DNA from: a virus | Direction: 5' to 3' (one strand) | DNA: 64,000 nucleotides | Virus record (IMG/VR): IMGVR_UViG_3300034684_000299 | Location: 121,438-185,437 of that record | Shown: piece by piece, positions 45,419-55,968 of the stretch | Numbering within the stretch: position 1 is the first letter of the stretch | Layout: the number at the start of each line of letters is the position of its first letter | Notes under the pieces: model-generated | The model's input: only the letters and a program-made list of their open reading frames with translations | Databases searched by the model: none | What the model was told of the DNA's origin: nothing | Position numbers and translations under genes: made by a program

Positions 45419-47041
45419 TTATTGGTTAGAAACTATCGGTTTCGGATCGATAGCCATTATTGCAAAATCAGTTGTTTTATCAAACGGAAACTCTCCAGAG
45501 AAGTCATCCATCTTTAAAGCATATTGTGGATTGGTCGTTGTTTTGGTGTATCTTCCCAGAGAATATGTATGAGCGGTTAGACTTATTTTATTTGCCGCCA
45601 AATTTTGTGCTCCGTTTGTTTTGAGTATTTGTACTAATCTGTTTATCGATATGTCATAAAAATGAGCTATTTCTGAGTTTACCCCTATATCAGAAATTAT
45701 TCCTGTGTATGTTCCAGTTAGTTGTGCAAATACTACAGGTCTGACTTTAACCATCAAGTCTATCCCTATTGGCACTATGTATGGATCATTTATTATCTTT
45801 TCTTTTATCTCTTTGTATTTTAAGGGCACTATGTACTGAATCGAAACTGAGGTTCCTGGATTAGTTTTAAAAAATATAAGTATTTTGTTTTTATCTGAGA
45901 ATGTATAACCTCTGTCTACACTTATATAAATGTAGTCTGTATTGTATTGCAAAATTTGCCCATTACTGTTGGTTATTGATTCTATCCCCAATATTGGAAG
46001 CATATCAGGTATCTGTTCAGGCGACATTTCTATGTAATATAAATCTTTGATAATAAAATTATCTGCATTGACATCAAAATATGTTCCCCACGCCGTTAAA
46101 TCAATATCTTCAACAGGATATTTGTAATCTTTCAGCGGATTGCCAAAACTTGGGAAATATGCAGAATCAGCAGTCATTACTTGCGTTCCCATTGTCGAAA
46201 TAGCATTTCCTACAAACGTCCTTAAACCGTATGTGTTTTCTGTATAATAAACATCAACTTTCCCGCCATCATGGAAAACTAATCCATCATCTGTCTGAGA
46301 TAAGTCCCTTATCATTAATATATCATCCGTTGATACGAATTCAACGTCTACATTGTGTTTGTCTTTTACATATTGTTTCATATTCTCTTTGTTGTATGTT
46401 TTGTAAACGGTAAAGCTATCAAACAATTTGTTTATTTTATCGTCTAAAGTTTCTGCATACCTACCTTCTTCTATCCCTACAATTATTCCTTTCTCAAATC
46501 CTTGTACCGTCAGAACATCTCCAGTTTTTAACTGTGATGCACCTATAGAATACGAATAAAACTTTTTCTTTCTCGATACAAAAGATGTACCTGACGATAT
46601 GAAATCAGAAGAAGAGAGTGTGAATTCAAAGTTTTTTAATACCGTATCACCACTGGTTATTATTATCGACCCGTCTGTGTATTTTTTCTTTGTTCCCAAT
46701 ATCTTTTGGTATTGTTCAGTATTGAGATATAGATCGACATAGTAAATCCATGGCGTTGCATATACCCCAGTGTATCCTTTTGTTCTTAAAAAGAAATCTA
46801 ATATCTCACTTCCGTTAGGTTCCTGATCCATTATCGTTCTCAACGTTTCTTTGTCTTCTATTCCGTAAGCTAAAGCTAAAAAATTGTTTAAATCAAAAAA
46901 TTCTTTTCTAGCTGTAGTATCTAAAAAATCAGCTATCGGTCTTATGAGATATTTGTAGTTTATAGACTCTTCATGCGTATCAAATCCTAAAGTTTTGTAT
47001 ATGTTCATTAACTGAGTTTTTGGATCGTAATATTTAAACAT
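45419..47041 (-). CDS. Baseplate wedge (gpJ-like) protein, putative
   Basis: Follows a gp25-like gene; GGKVDVY motif; beta-rich. Function inferred. Confidence 0.4.
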   Translation of the reverse strand: MFKYYDPKTQLMNIYKTLGFDTHEESINYKYLIRPIADFLDTTARKEFFDLNNFLALAYGIEDKETLRTIMDQEPNGSEILDFFLRTKGYTGVYATPWIYYVDLYLNTEQYQKILGTKKKYTDGSIIITSGDTVLKNFEFTLSSSDFISSGTSFVSRKKKFYSYSIGASQLKTGDVLTVQGFEKGIIVGIEEGRYAETLDDKINKLFDSFTVYKTYNKENMKQYVKDKHNVDVEFVSTDDILMIRDLSQTDDGLVFHDGGKVDVYYTENTYGLRTFVGNAISTMGTQVMTADSAYFPSFGNPLKDYKYPVEDIDLTAWGTYFDVNADNFIIKDLYYIEMSPEQIPDMLPILGIESITNSNGQILQYNTDYIYISVDRGYTFSDKNKILIFFKTNPGTSVSIQYIVPLKYKEIKEKIINDPYIVPIGIDLMVKVRPVVFAQLTGTYTGIISDIGVNSEIAHFYDISINRLVQILKTNGAQNLAANKISLTAHTYSLGRYTKTTTNPQYALKMDDFSGEFPFDKTTDFAIMAIDPKPIVSNQ

Positions 47042-47061
47042 GTTAGCTACCCTGCCTTTCT

Positions 47062-47376
47062 CTATAGTTCTATTTCAATTAAATCGGTTTCTTCATTCTG
47101 ATTGGTTACCCTTAGTATGAATGTATTCTCTGTATCACCAAACTCTATTTGAGCATCACTTAACATTTCATTTGGTGTTTTGCCAAACGTTTTCATCGCA
47201 GATTTAATATTGTTTATTTCATTTTGAAATAGCAAATACATTTCTTGGGAACTGGTAGTTTCACTGTAATGTTTCATCACCCGTTCCAACAATGCTACAA
47301 GGAAATTGTTGGCTAAATAGGATATACCTTCTTGCTCTTCAAATTTATTTTTTTCAAAATTAAAAATTAAATTCAT
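47062..47376 (-). CDS. Baseplate gp25/GPW-like protein, putative
   Basis: 104 aa; G..YL...FL..LL and P.E.L patterns with C-terminal beta strands. Confidence 0.35.
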   Translation of the reverse strand: MNLIFNFEKNKFEEQEGISYLANNFLVALLERVMKHYSETTSSQEMYLLFQNEINNIKSAMKTFGKTPNEMLSDAQIEFGDTENTFILRVTNQNEETDLIEIEL

Positions 47377-47391
47377 AGTCTTTCCCCCGCT

Positions 47392-49026
47392 TTAAATTTC
47401 GTTGTTTGGGAATCTGAATATAAGATAAGCTATTTTGTTTTCAACACCAGCAACTATAGCATTCTGTGCGGCAGTTTCTTCAGCCTTTTTTGCTTGCCAG
47501 TTGTTGGCAAAGTTTATCATGTTATCCATGTTCGATGTGATATCGTTTATTTGGTCATCAAAGTTTATAGGCATTGTTAATGTGTACAAATCTTCTGTCT
47601 CTTTAATAAGAGGTATATCTCTATATGCAAAATTTAAATCTGATAATGATAGATTTTTGAATTTATCCAGTAATTCTCTCCCTTGTTGTGTAGAAATAAA
47701 GAAATCTTCTTTTTTTGTCTGTTCAGTATGAGAAAATCTATCGAGATATTCCCCCATAATATTTATTATGTATCCTCTTATCCCTTCAGTTATTAACCCT
47801 AGCATCTGTAAATTCTTTTGATGTATTTTAGGCATTATTTGATTTTCTAACAACCATAGAACAAATAAAGTCGTATTGTATGGATGTATCCCCGCCCTTC
47901 CCCAATCAGTAAAAGTGTCTTGTGGGTTGTAGAACTCAGTTGCCAAATTTTGCAAGTCTAGTTCAGTTTGCCAATCAAGATAATCCATCAATTGTTTGTA
48001 TCCCGGAAGGTTCAGTTCGTTGTATTCGCCTACTAAATTGACAGGATTATCGAATAATTTTCTGTATTCATCGGATAATGCAATTTGTCTGGCTTCGTTA
48101 ATCCTTTCTATCTCATATGTTATATCAGATAGAGTGGTAGTATCGGTATAATATATTTTAGTATTTTCTATTTCTTCTAACTTTGAATTAAGGGCTCTTT
48201 TTAAATCCGGTAGGATGTTCTTTTTTAATTCAGGATGTCCATACATATTTACGTATGTGGGTTGATAATTGAACCCAAATTGTTCGTTGTAGAGATCATA
48301 AAAATTTTTTATAGGTTCATTTATACTGTTCTCTTCTTCTGGTCCTAACACTATGGGTGTCCAAGGGTCTTGAGTTGAAAAATAATAATTACCTTGTTTC
48401 CCAATTCCAGCTAGTATATCGTCAATAGATATATTTATGTTCATTTCGTATTTTAGTTCGTTCAATAGTTGAGTATCAGAACTTCTATCTATATCGCTTG
48501 GTGTTATGTTATTAAAATTTCTTAAATCCAAGACAGTATACGACCCTCTGTAATTGTAAGTATTGAATATGTATATCTTTCCACCGGAGATTATAGGTAT
48601 TAAAGGATAAGGTGGTTGCACTATTCTATCAAGTGCATAACTAGAACCTTGTTTACGTATTAGTAAAAATTCTTGGTTTTGTGTCCAGCCAGCTTTTGAT
48701 TGGATTGACATAAAATGCTTTTTAAATATGTCCAACGTGGTTTTCAAAATTTCATCTGTTATTAGCGTTTCCTCTTGCGGAACATTTATATCGTAATACT
48801 CTACATAACTTCTAAAATAAACATAAAAATCGTCCAACATGATTTTTTTAGTAGTTACAGTAGTAGTTGGGAATATGTTTATATTGTACAAACTATTTTT
48901 GTTTGTATTTAATTCTCTAAATACTAATTTGTAGTTAGAGTTAGAATCTATATTTGTTTTTTTTGAAAGAAAATCATTTTTATATGTAGTTAATTGATTG
49001 ATTACATTCTGAGTTTGTTCGTCTAT
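47392..49026 (-). CDS. Hypothetical structural protein (ORF track 47392-48891, extended to a possible ATA start)
   Basis: Frame is open for 45 codons upstream of the TTG; GGGGGTG SD lies 6 nt before ATA. Confidence 0.65.
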   Translation of the reverse strand: MDEQTQNVINQLTTYKNDFLSKKTNIDSNSNYKLVFRELNTNKNSLYNINIFPTTTVTTKKIMLDDFYVYFRSYVEYYDINVPQEETLITDEILKTTLDIFKKHFMSIQSKAGWTQNQEFLLIRKQGSSYALDRIVQPPYPLIPIISGGKIYIFNTYNYRGSYTVLDLRNFNNITPSDIDRSSDTQLLNELKYEMNINISIDDILAGIGKQGNYYFSTQDPWTPIVLGPEEENSINEPIKNFYDLYNEQFGFNYQPTYVNMYGHPELKKNILPDLKRALNSKLEEIENTKIYYTDTTTLSDITYEIERINEARQIALSDEYRKLFDNPVNLVGEYNELNLPGYKQLMDYLDWQTELDLQNLATEFYNPQDTFTDWGRAGIHPYNTTLFVLWLLENQIMPKIHQKNLQMLGLITEGIRGYIINIMGEYLDRFSHTEQTKKEDFFISTQQGRELLDKFKNLSLSDLNFAYRDIPLIKETEDLYTLTMPINFDDQINDITSNMDNMINFANNWQAKKAEETAAQNAIVAGVENKIAYLIFRFPNNEI

Positions 49027-49029
49027 GGA

Positions 49030-50391
49030 TCACACCCCCAACAATGCGTCCAACGATTGCCCTGTTATAGCTTGGGTAATATATGGAGCATACGTTACTA
49101 TCATCAATAAATATATGAAATTCAAATTCTGTACGTTGTCTAATTTTACTTCGAGATACGATTCTAGCGTTATCTCTAAACTGTTTTCAAGTACGTTTAA
49201 AGCATCTTCGGAACCAAACATGTTCATAAGACGTATCTGTTCATTTTCATCTTTTATATTGAAATTCAACATATTGTTTGTTTTCATAAGCAATAAAATT
49301 TCAGCAAAATAAGCAACCATTTCATAGACGGCACATGGTCTTTCATTCCACTCCGCTATTTTTTCTGTTATTTCACGCAATAATACTTTTAGCCTTTCTT
49401 TTTCCCAGTCTTTTTGTGTATCAATTTCAAAGTCAAACATTTTTATTATCTTTAAAGGATAAACAATAGCATTAGGTATGAACATCATCATGTTACTTAA
49501 CGATTGTGCCCCTGCACCTATATCATGAGCAAATTCATCTATCTGATCTTTGAATAGTTCATATAACAACAAAGAAGCATACGTTGCCCAATAAGAATCT
49601 GTACAGCTATAATCAGCTTGAAGATTGTTATGCGATAAAAATGCGTTGAAATTTAGCAGAGCAGCTGTCATGTTACCAGCAGATAGTTGTTGAGCTATTT
49701 GTAAAAGCATTTGTTTGTCAGTATATGCCTTATTCATACTTCCAAAATATCCGTCTATCTTATCCTGAGTAGCTTGACCTTCAGGTGAGTTGTCAAATTC
49801 TATATCTTTACCTGTGAGCATTTTATATGCTATTTTGAAATCGTTCTGTGCGACTCTCAATACATCTGCTTCAACTTGTTGGGATTCTTTTAAAACACCT
49901 ACATTCTCAACAGCTTGCGTTAAACCCATGTATGCTTGAAATAGGTCATTAGAATATATATTGTCTTCATACCATTGGTTCACTATTTCTTGATAGAAAT
50001 GAGCGGATAGATACTTGCTAGGGTCTACACCGTCCTCTTTCATTTTTTTTACAGTGAGATTCCATAAAGTATTGAATGTTGCTTCTATGAACCCTTTAAT
50101 TACAGATGTTTTCGTATCCAGCAAAAATTTTTCTTGCCGTAAATTTCTTTCATGTTCTATACTAGAAATTTCACCTGCATTGTATTTCATAGTAGATTCT
50201 TTAACCTTTTCGTTGTAAGTAGCCTCAAAATGTTTTACAATACGTTTGGTAACATCTTTGGCAGGTTGTTTGAAAGAGATAACATCAACTAGATATTGAG
50301 CTGTTTTATTGCTATCTCTTAAAGTATTTTCAAGATTTTGAGCTTCCTCTTTAGCTTTTGTCATAGCTTGAGCTATTTCTGTTTGTGTCAT
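49030..50391 (-). CDS. Helical hypothetical structural protein
   Basis: 453 aa, coiled-coil-rich. Confidence 0.75.
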   Translation of the reverse strand: MTQTEIAQAMTKAKEEAQNLENTLRDSNKTAQYLVDVISFKQPAKDVTKRIVKHFEATYNEKVKESTMKYNAGEISSIEHERNLRQEKFLLDTKTSVIKGFIEATFNTLWNLTVKKMKEDGVDPSKYLSAHFYQEIVNQWYEDNIYSNDLFQAYMGLTQAVENVGVLKESQQVEADVLRVAQNDFKIAYKMLTGKDIEFDNSPEGQATQDKIDGYFGSMNKAYTDKQMLLQIAQQLSAGNMTAALLNFNAFLSHNNLQADYSCTDSYWATYASLLLYELFKDQIDEFAHDIGAGAQSLSNMMMFIPNAIVYPLKIIKMFDFEIDTQKDWEKERLKVLLREITEKIAEWNERPCAVYEMVAYFAEILLLMKTNNMLNFNIKDENEQIRLMNMFGSEDALNVLENSLEITLESYLEVKLDNVQNLNFIYLLMIVTYAPYITQAITGQSLDALLGV

Positions 50392-50425
50392 TAGATTTGG
50401 GATTAAAGAATACCCTGCCTCCTTT

Positions 50426-51634
50426 TCACGCCTTCAAAATCTCTGTTACCATTCCAGTTATGTTTAGTCTATAATACCGCCCATAATCTCCTGCTTTCAC
50501 TGTGGATATATTTTGAGGTTGTATGTGTATTACAACATAGTTTTTATACTGATTATTACTACTTTTTAAATAAGGTATTTTTAAAATAAAATTATGTCTC
50601 TTAATAGCAGCAAAAGTTTTGTCACCAAATAAATTTTTACCTGTTTGAGAGTATAAATTGAATGTGCCAATAGTGTCTAAATCATTGTAGACATCGAAAA
50701 CCTCGTTAATAAAATTTTCCTCTTCAGGAGATAATTGCACTATTACTCCGCCAACATTAATTTGATAAGGCATAGACACATTGCGAAAATATAAAGGTTT
50801 GTCGTTTATAGAAAAAACGTCTATATTGTTGGCAACTTGCAGAGATATGGATTGAACAAAAGTCTTTTGCAACATAGAATAAAAACGATTTCTTATCTTG
50901 GTTGTCCAATTGTTTGAAAGAGATTCAGAAAGTTCTTGAACTAAATAATCTATTTGATAATTTATTATTATTGTTTTATTTTGAATTAATTTGTCGATAA
51001 CTTGTGGTCTTAAAGAAATCGGACTGTTTTCTGCTTCCTTTTTGTATTCACCCTCACTTAATTTAATTTTGGAGTATTGAACAACAGATGGATTTAACGT
51101 GTATTTATTTCGATCGAATATCAAAGAGAAATCATTTTTTGACATGGAAGTATAAGTTGAATTTAAAATTGTAAACGATGCACTACCGTTATATGTATTT
51201 GTACCAGCTGTTATGTTGAAACCGAAGTTATTGTAGGCCCCAGACAATATTCTTAATTGTACTAAATTTGGAAATTTTGGATCTTGTAAGTATAAGAATA
51301 AATAATGATAATTGTATTCATGATTCTCAACTAACATTGAATTCGTTTGGGCAACACCTTTTGCAAAATCTGTTAATACGTTTATACCACCTTCTAAAAA
51401 AGGAAAAATAAAATCTATTGATATAATAGTTTTAATAATGGAATTTGTCTCTTTGAACATCAATCCATCAAAGGTTATAAATGGAATAAAATTAATATCT
51501 TTGGATAAATTCACAGATAAGAATTTCCCCTGAGATAATTCTATGTAATCCTTATTATCTTTTAATCTTTGAACCCAGTCCCCAGAACTGAATAAATCGT
51601 ATTTTGATATGATAGGGATCATATTGTATTCCAT
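50426..51634 (-). CDS. Hypothetical structural protein
   Basis: 402 aa ORF with RBS AAGGAG. Confidence 0.75.
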   Translation of the reverse strand: MEYNMIPIISKYDLFSSGDWVQRLKDNKDYIELSQGKFLSVNLSKDINFIPFITFDGLMFKETNSIIKTIISIDFIFPFLEGGINVLTDFAKGVAQTNSMLVENHEYNYHYLFLYLQDPKFPNLVQLRILSGAYNNFGFNITAGTNTYNGSASFTILNSTYTSMSKNDFSLIFDRNKYTLNPSVVQYSKIKLSEGEYKKEAENSPISLRPQVIDKLIQNKTIIINYQIDYLVQELSESLSNNWTTKIRNRFYSMLQKTFVQSISLQVANNIDVFSINDKPLYFRNVSMPYQINVGGVIVQLSPEEENFINEVFDVYNDLDTIGTFNLYSQTGKNLFGDKTFAAIKRHNFILKIPYLKSSNNQYKNYVVIHIQPQNISTVKAGDYGRYYRLNITGMVTEILKA

Positions 51635-51645
51635 ATTCTGGCTCC

Positions 51646-52344
51646 TTATGAAAGGTAATCTTTAAAATCTTTTTCGACATCTTTCTTCAATTTATACAAT
51701 TCGTTGTAATCTTTGTTCATTTCTCTTGCTATGTTCATTAAACTTTGTTTAGTTTCACCGTTCAATCCATACAGTTTACTTATTAACATTTCTCCATCGG
51801 CACCATATTTGCTCCTTATATATTGTAGAGCTTCCATTATTTCTAAATTTTCATTGCCATACAACTTATTGAAAGCATCAGCTGACTCCAACACTACGCC
51901 GCCCATTTGTCTTTTAAACGTTTCTATTTTTTTTGGTTCCCACGATAACTCATCAGATAATTCTAAAACAGTAGGTTCACGATCTTTTTTGTATCTCAAA
52001 TCGTTATATGCCTGTTGAAATGTTGAAAACTCAAGGTTATAATTTTCTGGTAACCTCAACATACCTTGATTATCGTTGACAAACCTATTCATTTTTTGTA
52101 AATATTGATTCACGTATGTTACTACTCCGCCTTTTGAAGAGTTATAATTTTCTAGAGCTTGAGCTATTAACTTTCTTGCTTCTAAATCCAATGCAATAGA
52201 ACTTATACCTGAATTCTTATATTTTCCTATACTATAACTGACATAAGGCTTGAGTTTTTGATATATTTTTGAAAATGTTTCTGGATCTTTAGTCTTTTTC
52301 CATTCCTCAACTAATCGAACTAACTCAGGATCGGGTGCTGGCAT
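51646..52344 (-). CDS. Phage sigma70-family RNA polymerase sigma factor
   Basis: Region 2 (LIAQALENYNSSKG...TYV), LRLP, region 3 REPTVLELSDEL, region 4 YGLNG..QSL..IA. Confidence 0.8.
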   Translation of the reverse strand: MPAPDPELVRLVEEWKKTKDPETFSKIYQKLKPYVSYSIGKYKNSGISSIALDLEARKLIAQALENYNSSKGGVVTYVNQYLQKMNRFVNDNQGMLRLPENYNLEFSTFQQAYNDLRYKKDREPTVLELSDELSWEPKKIETFKRQMGGVVLESADAFNKLYGNENLEIMEALQYIRSKYGADGEMLISKLYGLNGETKQSLMNIAREMNKDYNELYKLKKDVEKDFKDYLS

Positions 52345-52361
52345 GTTGTCCCCTCCAAATA

Positions 52362-55019
52362 TTACTCTGAATTTGGCATATATTTCAATATTTCTTTTGC
52401 AGGTCTAGTCATTGCAACAAATCTAATCTCTCTTTTCCCAGTTTCTTCAATTTTGTTTATTACAGGAAGTATTTGATATACTTCCACTAGTTCATATACC
52501 GCCCACAATGCAGTGTTCATTTCATTCAATGCGTATATAGGTATCTGTTGATAAAGATCAGAAGTATACGTCTCTATCATCCTTTTCAAAAGTTTTATTA
52601 GAAAATATCTAACTTCTGCTATTGAAGACATTTTTAAAGTTTCTTTTGGTTCTTCACCTTTATCTAAATCAGATAAAAAATTATTTAATATATTGTCCAA
52701 AGATTCTTCTGTGTCTATAATAGGTTTAAAATCATTTATTTTTATATAATCAGTGCTTAAATTGTTAAAAGTATTTTTATTTATAACAGTTACTTGCGAC
52801 ATTTCTTCTAATTTTTGTTTTGCTTCATTTAGTTTAGTCTCATCGTTTGATGAGATCATAAATTGTTTTAATTGCTCTGTTGAAATATAAAAAGCTTCTT
52901 CCATAACAGATTGATATACATTTTCTATTATTTCTATATTCTTTTCTTCTGTTCTTTTGAATGCAGAATTTGCTCCGTACATACTAGGAAGCAAGAATTC
53001 TAATATAAATGCTTTTATCATTTTAATTATATAGAAAGAATTATTAATTCTTGGTTGATTTCTCTTTTTTTCATCATCATCTTTTAGTTTTCTCAGTATT
53101 TTCTTGCCATAATCAGGATCGTTTGGAGATACATTAATATCTTCACCCAAATATTCGTATCCTAGTTGTTCTAAAGCTTTTTTATGTTCAACACCACAAA
53201 ACTTTTTTGCTTGTTCTCTTGTATCTTCTTTAGTCAAAAAATCCGTTAAATAATTATAAATAGTTTCACCAAAAGAAGTAAGTCCTAAATGCTTATAAAA
53301 TTTCTCATGATTATTTACCCTATAATAAGAATCCTTAGTAAGCCACCATTTGACTTCGTCTATAGGGTAAGTTAATTGATCGACATTTTGTAGCACAAAG
53401 GTTGTTGTGGGACTGTCGGTAGAATTAAAATTATGTGTTATTGATACTACCTGTCCAAAATAAATGGCAGAACTTGTGATAACAATTGCAGGTAATCCGT
53501 TTGCCATATATGGATTAAAATCCGTTCTGACTTGTAAGACTTTGGATTTAGACCAGTTCATATTATAGATTTTTCTAGAAGAAGTAGCAACACTATCGTT
53601 GAAAGTTTCAGCATCAACTTCATAAGGAGTTGTTGTTTGTTCTTCTGTTGTTCCTTCTGTGTTTGCGGAAAAATAGCTTAATACGTCTTTATACGAATAT
53701 TCTTCATAGAAATATGTGCCAACAGCTCTATGGTTCAAATTATTTGGAGCTACTAAAGCTTTAATTTTATTGAAGTTAATATCAGCTTCATTGTATTTAC
53801 TGCTTATAGCATACAATTCATTTAAAGTTATTCCTAATTTAGGATACGTGGTTTGATGTAATGGTCCCGGATAAAGACCTGAAACGTTCGAGACATAAGA
53901 TATAGGACCATTAGTTTGTGCAAAGGTAGTAGCTACCCTTGTAGGATATGTATGATTTATTTCAAACGATACAGAAGATATTTGTGAGGGGAAAATCACA
54001 TTAGATGAAGGGGGTATGTATGTAAAAGGTTCTGGTATAAACAAATATTGCATTATACCAGTTCTTTGCTCATCTTCATTTAAAGAAATAAAGTCTGAAT
54101 AATATTTGTTTCTTATCTTTTTTACATCGTCAGGGAAATATTGATTTTTGACATTGGAACTATAAAAGCTTAATTTAGGAAACAATTGTCCGTACATATT
54201 ATGTTCCATATTGCGTGCAAAGATAGATAGCAATTCAGATATAGAGGTTTCTGATTGTAAGTTTCGTATATAATCCAAAATACTGCTTGTAAACATGCTT
54301 CTTAATCTATCTTTTAAAATAGGTGCTTTAGTAGCGTTAGTAGATTCGGTAGCATAATTAAAATCAGCAGGGTATGCTATATCTTCACCTTCTAAAAAGT
54401 TTGGGTCTCCAAACACCAATCGTCTAGATAAGTGAAAAGCATCCTCAAGGTCCATTAAATCATTCTGAAATATGGATAGATAAGTTAATAGAGAAAAAAA
54501 CAAAGTATCCTTTTTTAAAGGTTCTTTTTCTTCTTGAGATTCATATATACCAAAGTATTCTTCTAAAATCCTTATGATAATATATTCAACAGATAATAGC
54601 CCTGTTTTTACATCTTCATTTTGCATGTCTAAACTTTTTAAATCCAAATAATTATGATTGCGAAGTAGAAGTTCTTTGAAAATATTTCCGTTTAACTGAT
54701 TATAATTCAACAATTTTATATTTATTCCCCAATCAAAAGGAGATACAAATTCTAACATGACTTCATTTTTTGTAGGATTGTTTATTCTCCTTGCTCTTTT
54801 GAGCAATCCGTCCATTGCTGTTATCCATCCGTCACCACTTGTTTTAAATAGATCGTTTTTTATTTGTATTACAGCATAAGTATTAGCCGGCAACTCCAAC
54901 AATGCCGGTATAGGTGGAAAATAAGCCTGAAAACTCACAGAGCTCCCAGCGGCTGATATTTGAATTGAATTACAGTAGAATTCTTCATGTTCTACTAGTA
55001 TACGAAAATATGTTTTCAA
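52362..55019 (-). CDS. Large baseplate-hub/tail-associated protein, putative
   Basis: 885 aa; VRTDFNPY...GLPAIVI...GQVVSITHNF resembles late-control-D/hub C-terminal segments. Confidence 0.4.
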   Translation of the reverse strand: MKTYFRILVEHEEFYCNSIQISAAGSSVSFQAYFPPIPALLELPANTYAVIQIKNDLFKTSGDGWITAMDGLLKRARRINNPTKNEVMLEFVSPFDWGINIKLLNYNQLNGNIFKELLLRNHNYLDLKSLDMQNEDVKTGLLSVEYIIIRILEEYFGIYESQEEKEPLKKDTLFFSLLTYLSIFQNDLMDLEDAFHLSRRLVFGDPNFLEGEDIAYPADFNYATESTNATKAPILKDRLRSMFTSSILDYIRNLQSETSISELLSIFARNMEHNMYGQLFPKLSFYSSNVKNQYFPDDVKKIRNKYYSDFISLNEDEQRTGIMQYLFIPEPFTYIPPSSNVIFPSQISSVSFEINHTYPTRVATTFAQTNGPISYVSNVSGLYPGPLHQTTYPKLGITLNELYAISSKYNEADINFNKIKALVAPNNLNHRAVGTYFYEEYSYKDVLSYFSANTEGTTEEQTTTPYEVDAETFNDSVATSSRKIYNMNWSKSKVLQVRTDFNPYMANGLPAIVITSSAIYFGQVVSITHNFNSTDSPTTTFVLQNVDQLTYPIDEVKWWLTKDSYYRVNNHEKFYKHLGLTSFGETIYNYLTDFLTKEDTREQAKKFCGVEHKKALEQLGYEYLGEDINVSPNDPDYGKKILRKLKDDDEKKRNQPRINNSFYIIKMIKAFILEFLLPSMYGANSAFKRTEEKNIEIIENVYQSVMEEAFYISTEQLKQFMISSNDETKLNEAKQKLEEMSQVTVINKNTFNNLSTDYIKINDFKPIIDTEESLDNILNNFLSDLDKGEEPKETLKMSSIAEVRYFLIKLLKRMIETYTSDLYQQIPIYALNEMNTALWAVYELVEVYQILPVINKIEETGKREIRFVAMTRPAKEILKYMPNSE

Positions 55020-55058
55020 TTAAATCACCTTATTAAAAAAGGGAGATTTTCTTCTCCC

Positions 55059-55388
55059 TTAGTAATTTTGTCCTCTGATATTTCTCATTTCTCTTTCGTA
55101 TTGAATTTGAGTTTGACGAGGAAGTTTGTTGAAAATCTTTTTGTTGTTGTATACTTTTTCATAGTTTGTTTCTTCCCTGTACTTTATATAGTCTTTGGAA
55201 CCTTTTTGATAAATCCGTTTAGCCCATCCGGTAGTATCGTCTCTGTATTCTATAATAGGTATTCCGTATATACGTTCCATTGTACTACCACATATCTCAC
55301 ATTTCATGGGCTCATTACGATCAGTTGCATCTCTGTATTCCTCAACCAAATGATTACATTTAGGACATTGATATTTATATATGGGCAT
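55059..55388 (-). CDS. FmdB-family zinc-ribbon protein
   Basis: MPIYKYQCPKC...CEICG..MERI. Confidence 0.75.
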   Translation of the reverse strand: MPIYKYQCPKCNHLVEEYRDATDRNEPMKCEICGSTMERIYGIPIIEYRDDTTGWAKRIYQKGSKDYIKYREETNYEKVYNNKKIFNKLPRQTQIQYEREMRNIRGQNY

Positions 55389-55389
55389 A

Positions 55390-55947
55390 TTATCCCCTCA
55401 ACCATTCGAAATAAGCATTTCTTGCTTTTCTGATATCGTTAAAACTTCCATACTTTTCATGTCTCCAAGCTCCCGGATGAAGAAAACTGGTTTCATAGTT
55501 TGTTTCATGTATGGGAGTTCTTGAACCATAAGTTTCCCCTTCAGGAAATACAATTTTTGATTGTGAGGTTGTATTTTGATTATTATTTATTTTTGTTTTA
55601 TTGGTCACTTTTTGATTAGATACGTTTTGTTGAGCGTTTTGGGTAACGTTTTTTGTCTTTTTAATCTCTTCTTCTAAAAGTTTCTTAGCTTCTTCTGGGC
55701 TAGATGCAGTTTCAAATGTTTTTTTAGTAGTACTTGTGGCATTACCAGTTTCTCCTTTTAATGCTTTTCCCCATTCATCAGCACCTATAGCACTTCTAAC
55801 TTTCGGATGTTCTAAAAGTGCTTTTCCCCCCATACCCAAAACAAACCCCTTACTAAATCCTTGCCTTTTTTCACCAGGAGGTGCTATCATACTACCTAAT
55901 ACTCCTGTCCCTAAACCTGTCCATAATAATTGAGATTTAAACGCCAT
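55390..55947 (-). CDS. Glycine-zipper protein
   Basis: GLGTGVLG...GFVLGMGG; Asn/Gln/Thr-rich linker. Confidence 0.7.
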   Translation of the reverse strand: MAFKSQLLWTGLGTGVLGSMIAPPGEKRQGFSKGFVLGMGGKALLEHPKVRSAIGADEWGKALKGETGNATSTTKKTFETASSPEEAKKLLEEEIKKTKNVTQNAQQNVSNQKVTNKTKINNNQNTTSQSKIVFPEGETYGSRTPIHETNYETSFLHPGAWRHEKYGSFNDIRKARNAYFEWLRG

Positions 55948-55968
55948 TATATTTCCCTCCTTAAAAAA

